Assembly (NCBI RefSeq): GCF_001194135.2
Contig: NC_068995.1
Span: 39,691,573-39,748,188, forward strand
Length of the DNA: 56,616 nucleotides
Source of the DNA: Octopus bimaculoides
Lineage: Eukaryota
Reading direction: 5' to 3'
Below, piece after piece: positions 37,606-49,343 of the stretch. Numbering within the stretch: the first letter of the stretch is position 1; each line of letters starts with the position of its first letter. The notes under the pieces are model-generated. The model searched no databases. It had not been told where the DNA came from and was given only the letters and a program-made list of their open reading frames with translations. The translations under genes were made by a program, and so were the position numbers.

Positions 37606-39874
37606 CATCAGAAGGGATAGACACGTTCTCGACGACGGTGCGTTTGGATCGAATTAAGCCTCATTTCTGTCAATATCGTCAGTTAGTAAGCTACACACTT
37701 TTGTTTAATTACAGTTGGAATATATAGGATAGAGATATTTCTTCTTTTTCTTTTCTTATAAATTTGTTCCTTTTTCTGCTATATATGAAGACCTTGCAAG
37801 TGAAAGTTGTCGACTTCGTCAATAACTGCTTCAATATCCAAAGCTCTAATTAATGATTGTGTTTAATGAATTAATTTTCTTGTTAACAACTCTTGTTTGA
37901 TATCAAGTGTGAATTAAAGATATGCAAAGCTACAGACACTTAATTACTAAATTTCCAATAAGCAACGGCAATCTCATCTAAAGAATCCATTAACATCTCA
38001 CTTTATTACACAGGTAGCAATGCTGTTAATTTGTTACAAGTGGCCAAAACAAGGTATTAGCTAAGAATGATTTGAATATCCGACGCGAGTTTGAATTTAT
38101 GTTTAAAAGCTTGCAGATATATTTATATATATATATATATATNNNNNNNNNNNNNNNNNNNNNNNNNNNNNNNNNNNNNNNNNNNNNNNNNNNNNNNNNN
38201 NNNNNNNNNNNNNNNNNNNNNNNNNNNNNNNNNNNNNNNNNNNNNNNNNNNNNNNNNNNNNNNNNNNNNNNNNNNNNNNNNNNNNNNNNNNNNNNNNNNN
38301 NNNNNNNNNNNNNNNNNNNNNNNNNNNNNNNNNNNNNNNNNNNNNNNNNNNNNNNNNNNNNNNNNNNNNNNNNNNNNNNNNNNNNNNNNNNNNNNNNNNN
38401 NNNNNNNNNNNNNNNNNNNNNNNNNNNNNNNNNNNNNNNNNNNNNNNNNNNNNNNNNNNNNNNNNNNNNNNNNNNNNNNNNNNNNNNNNNNNNNNNNNNN
38501 NNNNNNNNNNNNNNNNNNNNNNNNNNNNNNNNNNNNNNNNNNNNNNNNNNNNNNNNNNNNNNNNNNNNNNNNNNNNNNNNNNNNNNNNNNNNNNNNNNNN
38601 NNNNNNNNNNNNNNNNNNNNNNNNNNNNNNNNNNNNNNNNNNNNNNNNNNNNNNNNNNNNNNNNNNNNNNNNNNNNNNNNNNNNNNNNNNNNNNNNNNNN
38701 NNNNNNNNNNNNNNNNNNNNNNNNNNNNNNNNNNNNNNNNNNNNNNNNNNNNNNNNNNNNNNNNNNNNNNNNNNNNNNNNNNNNNNNNNNNNNNNNNNNN
38801 NNNNNNNNNNNNNNNNNNNNNNNNNNNNNNNNNNNNNNNNNNNNNNNNNNNNNNNNNNNNNNNNNNNNNNNNNNNNNNNNNNNNNNNNNNNNNNNNNNNN
38901 ATATATATACGGATATATATATATATATATACGGATATTTAACCCTATTGTATATTCATATACATACAAATACATATACAAACTTCTGTATATGCAAACA
39001 CACAGAATCTCCCACAATCACATGCACGCACAAAAAACACATTCACAGGCATGAAGATATATATATTCATAATAAAATGTTATTAAGATTCCATTGAATT
39101 AGGTACTTAAACTGAGGCACCTTGCTAATTAATTCGGTATAAACCGCACACCCAAACAATATTAATTAAATATTGAATATCAAGACACCGTGCAGTGTGT
39201 TTGTACCTGATATTCCTGCTGTGTGTGCAGACAACGCTACCCAGCTGGGTGAAGATATCCGCTACTGGTAATTTAGACATGTACTTTTTATAAAGGTAAT
39301 TTATATAATATTTTCGAAGTTCAAATTCCAAGTTAGGTGAATAAAATATAAATGAGCAACAAAGAGGTACAGGTGTCACTTCATTACGCCCGTTTCAAGC
39401 CACACCTTTAATTGATTAATGAAGACATTACATTAAGTTAAAGAAACCGTTCTCGTCAGATGACCACATAAACTTCAAACATAAACTATTTCCTTATCAT
39501 ATTCAAATCATTAATGGAACTCAAACTGTTTACATTTTTTTCTTTTGTCATATTTGTGGCAGAATGAGTTTAGAAAATAATGCATACCTTGTTAAGTCTA
39601 CTTTAATTTGGAGAGTAGCAGAGCAGAGGAAATAGTGTGTGTGTGGGGGGGAGGTCAGGATAAAAAGAGTGGTGTACATTTCGAAGACTTTATGACTTTA
39701 TATCCTTTAGGTTTGACGTCATAGCGGTCATCTGACGACAATGATTTCTTACAAATGATGTTATGTTTTCATTAATCAATTAAAGAAGTCGCTTGAAACG
39801 ACCGTAATGAATCGACACCTGTCCATCTTTGTTACTCATTTATATATTATAGTCATAGCAAGATGCATACTTAC

Positions 39875-39967
<93 letters not shown>

Positions 39968-40888
39968 CTATATAAGCTTCCCTACGTCCATATATCAGCC
40001 TGAGGAGCCAAAGAGAGGTATCACTGAAGTCGAAGAATGGGATACACACACACACGCGCAATGACAGCCACATCCGCACGCACACTCACAACATCCTCTC
40101 ACGCTCACACACACACACATACAGATACCCACAAGTACACACCCACACACGGACATACTATGTACACTTCCACAACATACATATCTACATACTAATTCTC
40201 ATACACACGAATACATAGTATCCATAGACATACATACGCAATCACAGAAGAAAGATTCTAAGAAGATGTATAATTTATTTATGAGCCATAAAAACCTCCT
40301 TTGTTTTCTCAGAAAACTAATTTGAGCAGAGAAATCTTGATGTTTCCATTTAGTGAAAGAAAGGTGAGTAAGGGAAGTGGAAGGGGGATAATGGGAGTTA
40401 AAGAGGGAGAGGGGGAAAAGGAAAAGAGAGAGAGAAACAGAGAGTGCTTGATATGAAAACAAAAGGACGTAAAAAACAACAGATTAGTGAAACAGAAGAA
40501 ATTATAATATAATATAGGATTATGTATCATACTATATATATAATATATAATGATATAAAATACAATATAGTATATGAAAGAGAGAATGAATGACTTATAA
40601 AATGAAGGGAAAGAAGAAAACACGGTAGCACATACATGGATACATACATATGTGCATACAAGCATACATGCGTACAGATAGACATACGCGCAAAAGGACA
40701 AACAGATACAAAGAGACCCAAATATGTATGTGACTGAATAAACAATATTTTTAACCAACGATAAAAAAAAAGAACTCAATACATGGGCAAGAGAATAGTT
40801 GAATAATTATATTTCTTCAGTCATTGCCCTCGCCCGTCTGCTACTGAAACTTAAAATAATTACAGCAGGCATCGGCTAAATATATATG

Positions 40889-40959
<71 letters not shown>

Positions 40960-41802
40960 ATGTATTATGTACACATACGTGCATAAAAGGAAAAAAGATG
41001 AAATTCTACAAAAGAATGTAAAATCATTTTAAAAAGCAAGGAAACACACTGAAGGAACAAAACAAAAATTTAAGGATAGAAAGAAAGATGGAACGTATGA
41101 CAAACGAACATGGTAAATAATGACAAAAAGATGCCGAAAGACAATTGAAATAATTTCCATAAATCAAGCGAAAATTTGTAAATAAATAAAAAGAATGAAC
41201 GAACGAAAGTGTAAACAAATTGAAAGAACAAAATTTAAATTGAAGGTGAAACTGAAAGGAATAAATGTAAATAAAATACAATAAAAAGAGGAATGACAAA
41301 CTGTTTAGAAAGACATAAGGCAATTGTTAAAACTCGTAGACAATGATGGCGTCGTTATTTCAAGTGCCATTTTCTTTCGATATGAATATTTAAAACCCGT
41401 CCAATAGCTTACACTTAGGTTTAGTTTTGTATTGTCTTAAAACTTCACACCGTTTGCAGTCAGTCAATCATCATTGCCGACAATCGCTCATTCAGACGAT
41501 TCTTTTAGTCAGCTTGCATATTGTTATTTTGTTTTGTGCTATCATTACGAATGTTTCTCGCACAAAATCTCGAATAACTATAACGCAATTCTTTCATTGA
41601 GGCTTTTATATACAGATATATCTAGTTGTCCCTTGTACTTACAGAAATGTTTACAATCATATTAATTATTGAGCTAATGTTTTTTATTCTTCACGACATA
41701 AATATATTCTTGTGATATTTTTGATGCCCTACATAATTTAATGTTAACATTAACTACAAGACTAATTTAGGCTCACAGATGGAATAAGCGTTTATTATTA
41801 TT

Positions 41803-41955
41803 AAGGCGGTGAGTTGGCAGAATCTTTAGCACGCCGGGCAAAATTCTTAGCGGCATTTCGTCCGTCTTTATCTTCTGAGTTCAAATACCACCGATGTCGA
41901 TTCTGCCTTTCATCCTTGCGGGATCGTTAAATTAAGTACCAGTTTAACACTGGGG

Positions 41956-41957
<2 letters not shown>
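41803..41957 (+). mobile_element. SINE family C, 3'-truncated at (TA)n; decayed relative at 42436-42570
   Basis: AAGGCGGTGAGTTGGCAGAATCTTTAGCACGCCGGGCAAAA..CTGAGTTCAAATACC..TAAGTACCAG. Confidence 0.9.
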
Positions 41958-41995
<38 letters not shown>

Positions 41996-44095
41996 AATTA
42001 AAAGGGTAAAGGATTATCAATTTATTAATTCATTAATAAATCAACAATTAATAATTAGTAATTTTTTACCAAGCCCATCGGTATGTAAGTACCATTATTG
42101 GTGGAGAACTTATTTAAAAGCTCATATATATTTATAAACATAATTAAGGGATCAGCAAATATTTGCTGATCACTTAATTATGTTTATATATATATATAAA
42201 ACTATAGGAATAGAGTCTTTATGAAACATAGTTTTGAGCAAACGAAATGAGGCCGCTAATCTACAAAGGAGCAATCGGGCAATCTCTATAGCTTTAGTAC
42301 CATATGTAGGGGAAAATATCGAATTGCTTTGTTTCTTTAATGCTTTGGATTATTCTATATATTACTGATACGCGAGAAAAGAAAGATCATTTCAAATCCA
42401 GCAAGATTGTTAATGAAACTTTATACCACCTTCATATGGCGAAGTAGCCGAGTCGTTGGAGTGTCGGACAGAAATGTGTTTCGGCATTTATTCCGATGCT
42501 CATATTTTCCCAAAGACAACTTCGGTTTCGCTTCTTTGGGGTCGATAAATAAAGCATCAGTTATGTACTAGATCCCATTCCTTCCATCTGTCTTCTGAAA
42601 TATCAACGAGAGGAGGTCAAGATTGGGGTGTTCATATCATAGCCTCATTAACATTTTTCCTACCGCTATTCTGTGGACACGATGAGAAAAATCGCAACTT
42701 ATTTTATTTCATAATCTAGCGTTTCAACAAACCAACGTAAAATGAAGTTTTCCTTGGTGTTTCAATGCCTTCATCATATATGCGCCATTTAAAATAAAAT
42801 GAATTCTCAATGAATATGTAAATTTACTAATAAAAAAATAGTAAATGAATTATAAAATTTGGTCTAGGATTAAAATTAAATTCCCTATAATCCTACCCTG
42901 CTCAAATGCTCTCGTTAACTTTATAATCTCTTATTTAATCAAGATATGAAGATATGTCAGGGATGCCGATGTTTATCATAATCGGGACCTTAATATGAAC
43001 ATTTGAAGGATATTTCCTTTCATTTATTTTTTATTTTTGCTGACATCTAGTTTTATTTCTTCAAATGATAAAAAAAATGGCCATGTGATTTTGTTTTCAT
43101 GAGATATGGAAAGTAGACAGGTAGTAGGAAACATGAAGGGAAAGAAACTCCTTGATAAAAAAAGTAACTGCAATGAGAGAGAAAGGGAGAGGGAGAGAGA
43201 TAAACAGAAAAAGTGAATGAGAGAGTGTGAGGGGAGGGTGCGATTTTTTTAGTGTAAGAGAGTATGAGAAAGACGAGAAATTGGTTACAATCACGTTTTC
43301 ATTTCTTTAAACTGCTTCCTTCTGTAAACTCTATTATAATTCTTTACTTTGACTGTAATCAACTTTACTAAATGTTCCTTATCTTCGAAGTTAGAACGGT
43401 CTGTAAGACCACTGCACTGCCAACATGTTCTAAATCTCAAAAAATTAAAAGCAAATACCAACGAAAACAACTCGGCGTCCGCTTTCTAACTGTGGGCAGG
43501 ATCAGCGTGATTCATTGGGGACAAAGTTGCCCTTTCGTCCTTCATATGACTTGTGACGATTCGAGGTTATAACACAGGACACTTTCTTAAGACAACACGT
43601 ACTGGGTCGAATCCGGGAACTTGTGATTGTGCAGTGAGCTATTTAATCACTCAGCCATGCTGCTTTCTATTCACGATACTACATAGTCAGCAAATCCACA
43701 CACTGGCAGTGCCACACTATCAGCTATTCCACTTGACTTCGATATTCTACAGATAAAGACTAAACCCCTATGCGATTGGTGAAGAAGCCAAAAGTTTTCA
43801 AAAACGACCTATTTTACAATATAAGTTATCAATATACAAAAGAAAGCAAGAGAAAATAAGTAAAACAGGATGTTCACGGCTGGAAGGTAGATTGTGGGTT
43901 ACACAAAACCACTCTTTCTCTCTTACAATTTCACAGTAACGTCTATATAGTCGCTCAACTTAATAGATATGGCTGCCAAATTGCTTCCATACTACACGTC
44001 ACTATCGTAAAGTAAGACACGTTCCATAAAATAGTCTGAGGTTATGGAGTGGTATCAGTCGGACGAACACAAGCCTCATATATATATATATATAT

Positions 44096-44416
44096 ACTCT
44101 TTTACTCTTTTACTTGTTTCAGTCATTTGACTGCGGCCATGCTGGAGCACCACCTTTAGTCGAGCAAATCGACCCCAGGACTTATTCTTTTGTAAGCCTA
44201 GTACTTATTCTATCGGTTTCTTTTGCCGAACCGCTAAGTTACGGAGACGTAAACACACCAGCATCGGTTGTCAAGCAATGTTGGGGGGACAAACACAGAC
44301 ACACACACACACATATATATACATATATACGACGGGCTTCTTTCAGTTTCCGTCTACCAAATCCACTCACAAGGCTTTGGTCGGCCCGAGGCTATAGTAG
44401 AAGACACTTGCCCAAG
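44096..44416 (-). mobile_element. Young SINE family B copy (head lost in gap); decayed heads at 44725-44880 and 52750-52868
   Basis: CTCTTTTACTCTTTTACTTGTTTCAGTCATTTGACTGCGGCCATGCTGGAGCACC..; near-complement of 30700-30910. Confidence 0.9.
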
Positions 44417-44652
44417 NNNNNNNNNNNNNNNNNNNNNNNNNNNNNNNNNNNNNNNNNNNNNNNNNNNNNNNNNNNNNNNNNNNNNNNNNNNNNNNNNNNN
44501 NNNNNNNNNNNNNNNNNNNNNNNNNNNNNNNNNNNNNNNNNNNNNNNNNNNNNNNNNNNNNNNNNNNNNNNNNNNNNNNNNNNNNNNNNNNNNNNNNNNN
44601 NNNNNNNNNNNNNNNNNNNNNNNNNNNNNNNNNNNNNNNNNNNNNNNNNNNN

Positions 44653-44695
<43 letters not shown>

Positions 44696-45352
44696 GCATA
44701 CATACACTCACGCACATATACATATAGCACGGGCTACCACGTATGTTTACTCAAAAGGCATCGGTCAGATCTGGGCTGCCACTAAAATGGTAGAAGATAC
44801 TTGCCCGAGTTGCTTGGAGTTGAAATGAAACCGAAACCACGTGGTTACAAGTGAGCTCCTTTACCACATGGCCATGCCTGTTGACGCCATTTTTACATAC
44901 ATTGTTATGATACGAGATACGTTATGATGGGTGTTTTTCATCTGACTTGTGATTGTGTTTGTGTGTGAGTGTGTGTGTATGCTTCATTTTTTCGTATGCT
45001 CTGACAGCTTGGAGAACGTTCAGGCTGGACTGATATGGAAAAATCATTAATCTAATTATTAAATCTATCATTGGACTTAATCACCTTGGAGAATTATCAT
45101 GAATTTTTTCTTAGCAGTACGGTCCACCTGATGACGACACACTCATGTCTCCTGCAGCCTGCTTCTCGAAATGCTGTTGTCCTTGCCCTAAAAGAATCTA
45201 ACATATCAATATATTAGATTCTAATATATTGTTTTTACAAAGTGCTTTTGTTGTATTCTGTATAGAGGCGGTTGATTTCGCTATTTTACCTTGTTGTTTT
45301 CCTCCATGTCATCGTAGCTGTTGAAAGATATATATGAGGAAGAGACGGAGGT

Positions 45353-45441
45353 AGAAGAATCGGAGGAGTAGGATGAGGAGAAGAAGAATCGGAGGAGTAG
45401 CATGAGGAGAAGAAGAATCGGGGGAGTAGCATGAGGAGAAG
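45353..45441. repeat. 29-bp minisatellite, about 3 copies
   Basis: AATCGG starts at 45358, 45387 and 45416; unit AGAAGAATCGGAGGAGTAGCATGAGGAGA. Confidence 0.9.
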
Positions 45442-45469
45442 TGATATGAAAGAGGAATGATAATGGCGA

Positions 45470-45502
45470 TCATAATGATGATTATTCAGTTGATTTGGTT
45501 GT

Positions 45503-45575
<73 letters not shown>

Positions 45576-46040
45576 ATTGTCATTGCTGCTTTCGTTGTTG
45601 CTATCATCGTCGTCGTGGACGCTGTTGTTGTTGTTGTTGTTGTTGAAAGGTCGGCCATCAGTTAATTATCTAAGTGAAAACTGTTTCCATTTAGAAGTAA
45701 AGAGCGGGAAAGATATTTGTCAGTTTTTATTTTCGGACACTACCACATATACCACCACCAACACCACCACTACCACCACCACCATTACCAGAAGCAACAG
45801 CAGCAGCAAGAACAACAACAACAACAATAATAACAAAGTAACCGTTCCTTCCCCCGGTTTATGCCATTATAACCACCATTGTGGTTTGCCCTAATGAAAT
45901 CCATCAATGAAATGAGGATTAGATGACATGTATTATGATCAACGCTGGTTATTTAGCTGTTATTGTTTGTTGGTGTTGTTGTTGTTGCTGCTTCCGTTGT
46001 TGTCAGAGTTCGTGCCGTTGTTGATCATGATGACGATGAC

Positions 46041-46073
<33 letters not shown>

Positions 46074-46124
46074 CAGGATCATGATGATTATGACAATGAC
46101 GACCGCGACGACGTTGAAGACGGC

Positions 46125-46158
<34 letters not shown>

Positions 46159-46389
46159 GTGGTCATAACGTTGGTGATGATCATGGTCATGATGGGAGGG
46201 AGGTATCGCTGCTGCAATGCTGCCGTTGCTGTTCTGTTTGTCAAAAACTACTTGTGTTGCAGCTGTTGCTGTTGCTGTTGTTGTTGCTGTTGTTGTTATT
46301 GTTGTTGTTGTTGTTGTTGTTGCTATTACTGCTGCAGCTGGTGCTGTTGTGTTTGTTGTTGTCAGAGTTGTCGCTGTTGTTGTTGTTGT

Positions 46390-46430
<41 letters not shown>

Positions 46431-46870
46431 CTGATTATGGTGATTATGGTGATGATGATGGTGGTGATTATGGTGATGATGATGATGGTGATTATGGTGA
46501 TGATCATAATCATGATAGGATGGAGGTGTTGCTGCTGCAATGCCGCCGTTGCTGTTCTGTTTGTCAAAAACCACTTGTGTTGCAGCTGTTGTTGCTGTTG
46601 TTCTTGTTGCTGCTGCTGCTGCTGCTGTTGTTGATACAATTGATGCTGTTATGGATGTCGCGTTGTTATAGCTGCAATTGTTTACGGCGTCGTTGTCATC
46701 ATTACAGCGCTCACCGCCACCGTCAACTTTGTCGTCGACGTTGTCAATATCATCTCCTCTTCATCGCCATAATCGTCGTCATCGTTGCAGTCAATACTCC
46801 TGTCATCCTCGTAGTCATTATTGTCATCGCTGTCATCATCATCGTCATCGTCGTCATCGTCGTCGTCGTT
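45470..46870. repeat. Large compound trinucleotide region (TTG/CTG/GAT/CAT) containing a ~320-360-bp tandem duplication
   Basis: Unique linker GCTGCAATGCYGCCGTTGCTGTTCTGTTTGTCAAAAACYACTTGTGTTGCAGCTG recurs with period 323; TGTCAGAGTT recurs with period 359. Confidence 0.9.
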
Positions 46871-47111
46871 ACTACATCGATCCACTCAAACGGTTAACAA
46901 TACGAGTTGATTTGACAAAATGGAAACTGAATACAAAATATAACGCGAACTGTTGACAGAGAGAGAAAAACTAGAATGTGATGGAGGAGTTGGGGTGGGG
47001 TGAGATTAAAATGGCGTGGGTGAAAGATATAATAATGGAAGAAACGTGAGACTGGGGGAAGGAAGGAAGTGACAGGTGGATGAAGTAGTGTTACAGTGTT
47101 AGTTTAAGTGA

Positions 47112-47510
47112 TAATAAGAGCACTCAGAGAGCGCAAACCCCCCGCCAAGGCAACACCAATGTCTTCTCAACGATTAACCAGAGATGATTTTTAAAATGAG
47201 AATATCTGAAATAGACTCGAATGCTCTCACAAACGAAAATACTAAAAATATACCAGACCGCTTCCAAAAATTAAGTAAAAAAAAAACCCCAAAACAGGAA
47301 AAATATTCCAGAATCCTTGTCCAGTACCGGGTCGATCTCAAAATCTAACCAGTTCGTGGAAGTCACGAGGCCAAACATCCCTGAAAGTTTCATCCGAATC
47401 CATTCTGCGGTTCTTGAGATATCTTATCCAGGTACGAACAAACAAACAAACAAACAAACAAACACGACTGAAAAACTAAATCTCCGCCTTTACGAAGGCG
47501 GAGGTAATAA
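47112..47510 (+). mobile_element. Non-autonomous Helentron/HINE (pearl/DINE-1-like) element
   Basis: 5' TAATAAGAG..; subterminal ACCCCCCGCC complementary to 3' GGCGGAGGT; core AAGTTTCATCCGAATCCA..GGTTCTTGAGATAT; internal (AAAC)n; 3' hairpin CTCCGCCTT-TACG-AAGGCGGAG (47482-47503). Confidence 0.65.
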
Positions 47511-47589
47511 TGGTATTGATTCCCAACGCCAGTATAAGGTATGAAACTTGTAAAAGGTAGAGACTCTAGAATCTTTTTTTTTTTTTTCT

Positions 47590-47709
47590 GCTATAGGTGA
47601 AAGGTCTGAAATTTTGTTGGTAGAAGCTAAGTCGATTACGTAAACACCTGTGTTCAACTGGTACTTATTTTATCGCCGCCCAAAGAATAAACGGCAAAGT
47701 TGACCTCGG
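47590..47709 (-). mobile_element. SINE family C, 3' half, fused to the piggyBac fossil
   Basis: AAGGTCTGAAATTTT..TAAGTCGATTAC..CTGGTACTTATTTTATCG..GGCAAAGTTGACCTCGG. Confidence 0.8.
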
Positions 47710-47711
47710 TT

Positions 47712-48810
47712 ACGAGCCGGGGAAGATTTCAAAAGATTTCACAAGTATTGCGTCTTGATGATGCTGGTGCAAGAAGAAAAAAGAGAAGTGCTGATAGATT
47801 GGATCCCATAAGAGAAGTATTTGAAATGTGGAATCAGAATTTGCAAGATGGATAGGTTCCAAGTTCATACATGAAAGTTGATGAACAATTAGTTTCATTC
47901 AGAGGGCACTGCCCATTCCGGGTTTGTATTCTTTCAAACCCAGGGAAATATGGCATTAAAATTTAGGCAATATGCGCCAGTGAAACATCTTATGCCTGGA
48001 AAGTGCAAATCTACACTGGAAAAGTCCTAGTCAAAGGGAGAGAGACAAATCAAGGTTCAAGAGTTGTTGGAGACCTTGTAAAAGAACTTGAAAATACTGG
48101 TTGCAGTATAACTTGTGATAATTTCTTTACAAGTCGAGGATTGGCTTGAAAGCTGCTTAGCAAGAAAACTTCTTTAGTCGGAACAATTAGAAAGAACAGA
48201 GTTGAACTCCCGGGTGCTTTCGCAAATGGAAAAGAAAGAGAAATTAACAGCACAATATTTTGATTTCAAAAGGATTCTATGACCCTATCGTATTGTCCCA
48301 AGAAAAAATATGTCGTCACACAATGCACTCTCAGCCTTCAATTGATTCAAAAAGTACTGAAATACCTGAAGTTATTACGTGTTACAACAAAACAAAAGGT
48401 GGAGTAGATAGCTTAGATAAGATGGTAAGGACATACAGTTGCAAAAGAATTACTCGAAGGTGACTCATGGTTATATTCTACAACATGATTGATATAAGTG
48501 CAGTGAATGCTTTCATTGTTGCTAAACAGCTTCACTTGCAAAGTTTCGAGGACATAGGGAGACAGTACCTAATTCAGTTAGGAAAGGAACTTGCTGGAGT
48601 TAATGCTAAAGAAGAAAATGATAAAAAATCTTCTAGTTCTAGCATCGTTTCTGAACCAAACAAAAAAAGAAGAGAAGTTTCAAACTCATTTGAGATTCAT
48701 CAGCCAAAGAAAAAAAGATGTTCTTTGTGTGGCCCCCAAAAAGACAGGAAAACTCGTACTAGGATTGTAATATAAGGATTGTAATATCCATGTTTGTCTA
48801 CCTTCACTGC
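47712..48810 (+). pseudogene. piggyBac-family (PGBD4-like) transposase pseudogene, N-terminus missing
   Basis: ..MKVDEQLVSFRGHCPF..PGKYGIK..ITCDNFFTS..LVGTIRKNR..YNKTKGGVDSLDKM..YSC.R.TRR..FYNMIDISAVNAF..RCSLC. DDD codons at 47880, 48117 and 48407; several stops and a frameshift near 48315. Confidence 0.92.
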
Positions 48811-49057
48811 CATGAAGAGCTGTCATTCCGTAATTTTTCAATTTTTCAATTTTTCAATTTATGATATATTCTGTAAGCTGTATTTTTTTATTAAAATTTT
48901 TGAGAAACAGTAATTTTTCATTCACCTGATAGCATATATAATGTAGCTAAGAAATAGTGGCAGTTTGAATAAAATTTAATTAGAAGGAAAATATTAGGTT
49001 CATTGAACCCAGTTGATAATTAGTGACTTAATTTTTCTCTGGTAGACCAAGGGTTAA
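48811..49057 (+). mobile_element. piggyBac 3' non-coding end, right TIR and TTAA target
   Basis: Ends ..GGTAGACCAAGGG|TTAA (TTAA at 49054-49057), the canonical piggyBac terminus. Confidence 0.8.
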
Positions 49058-49305
49058 AAGCTACGGAGTGGCTGGCCAACCCAGTTGTTCAATGACAAAT
49101 TAATGCGTAAGTTCCTTGTCCAGTTGATTCTTTTATGTTTCTCTTAGCGGACAGTAACATCCGGGATATACATGATCTCTACGTCTACTAATCAGATGTC
49201 AGTATTCGAAATCTGCATCCTCCTTCTATATTCATTAGCTCTAACGACAGCATCCGGGTTAGCAGAGAGCCATTCAAATTCAACAACTACACACACACAC
49301 GCACT

Positions 49306-49343
<38 letters not shown>

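Noticed and set aside
45128-45175. CTGATGA...GAAA hammerhead look-alike
   Set aside because: No closing stem II pair and no stem III/UH or stem I arrangement could be built.
45353-45441. CRISPR-like array
   Set aside because: Units are contiguous with no spacers; eukaryotic context with no cas genes.
45457-46956. PolyQ/polyD/polyL ORFs
   Set aside because: Several frames on both strands are open because of triplet composition, and the duplicated units are out of frame.
47712-48810. Domesticated PGBD gene
   Set aside because: At least five in-frame stops, a frameshift, a missing N-terminus and a retained TIR.
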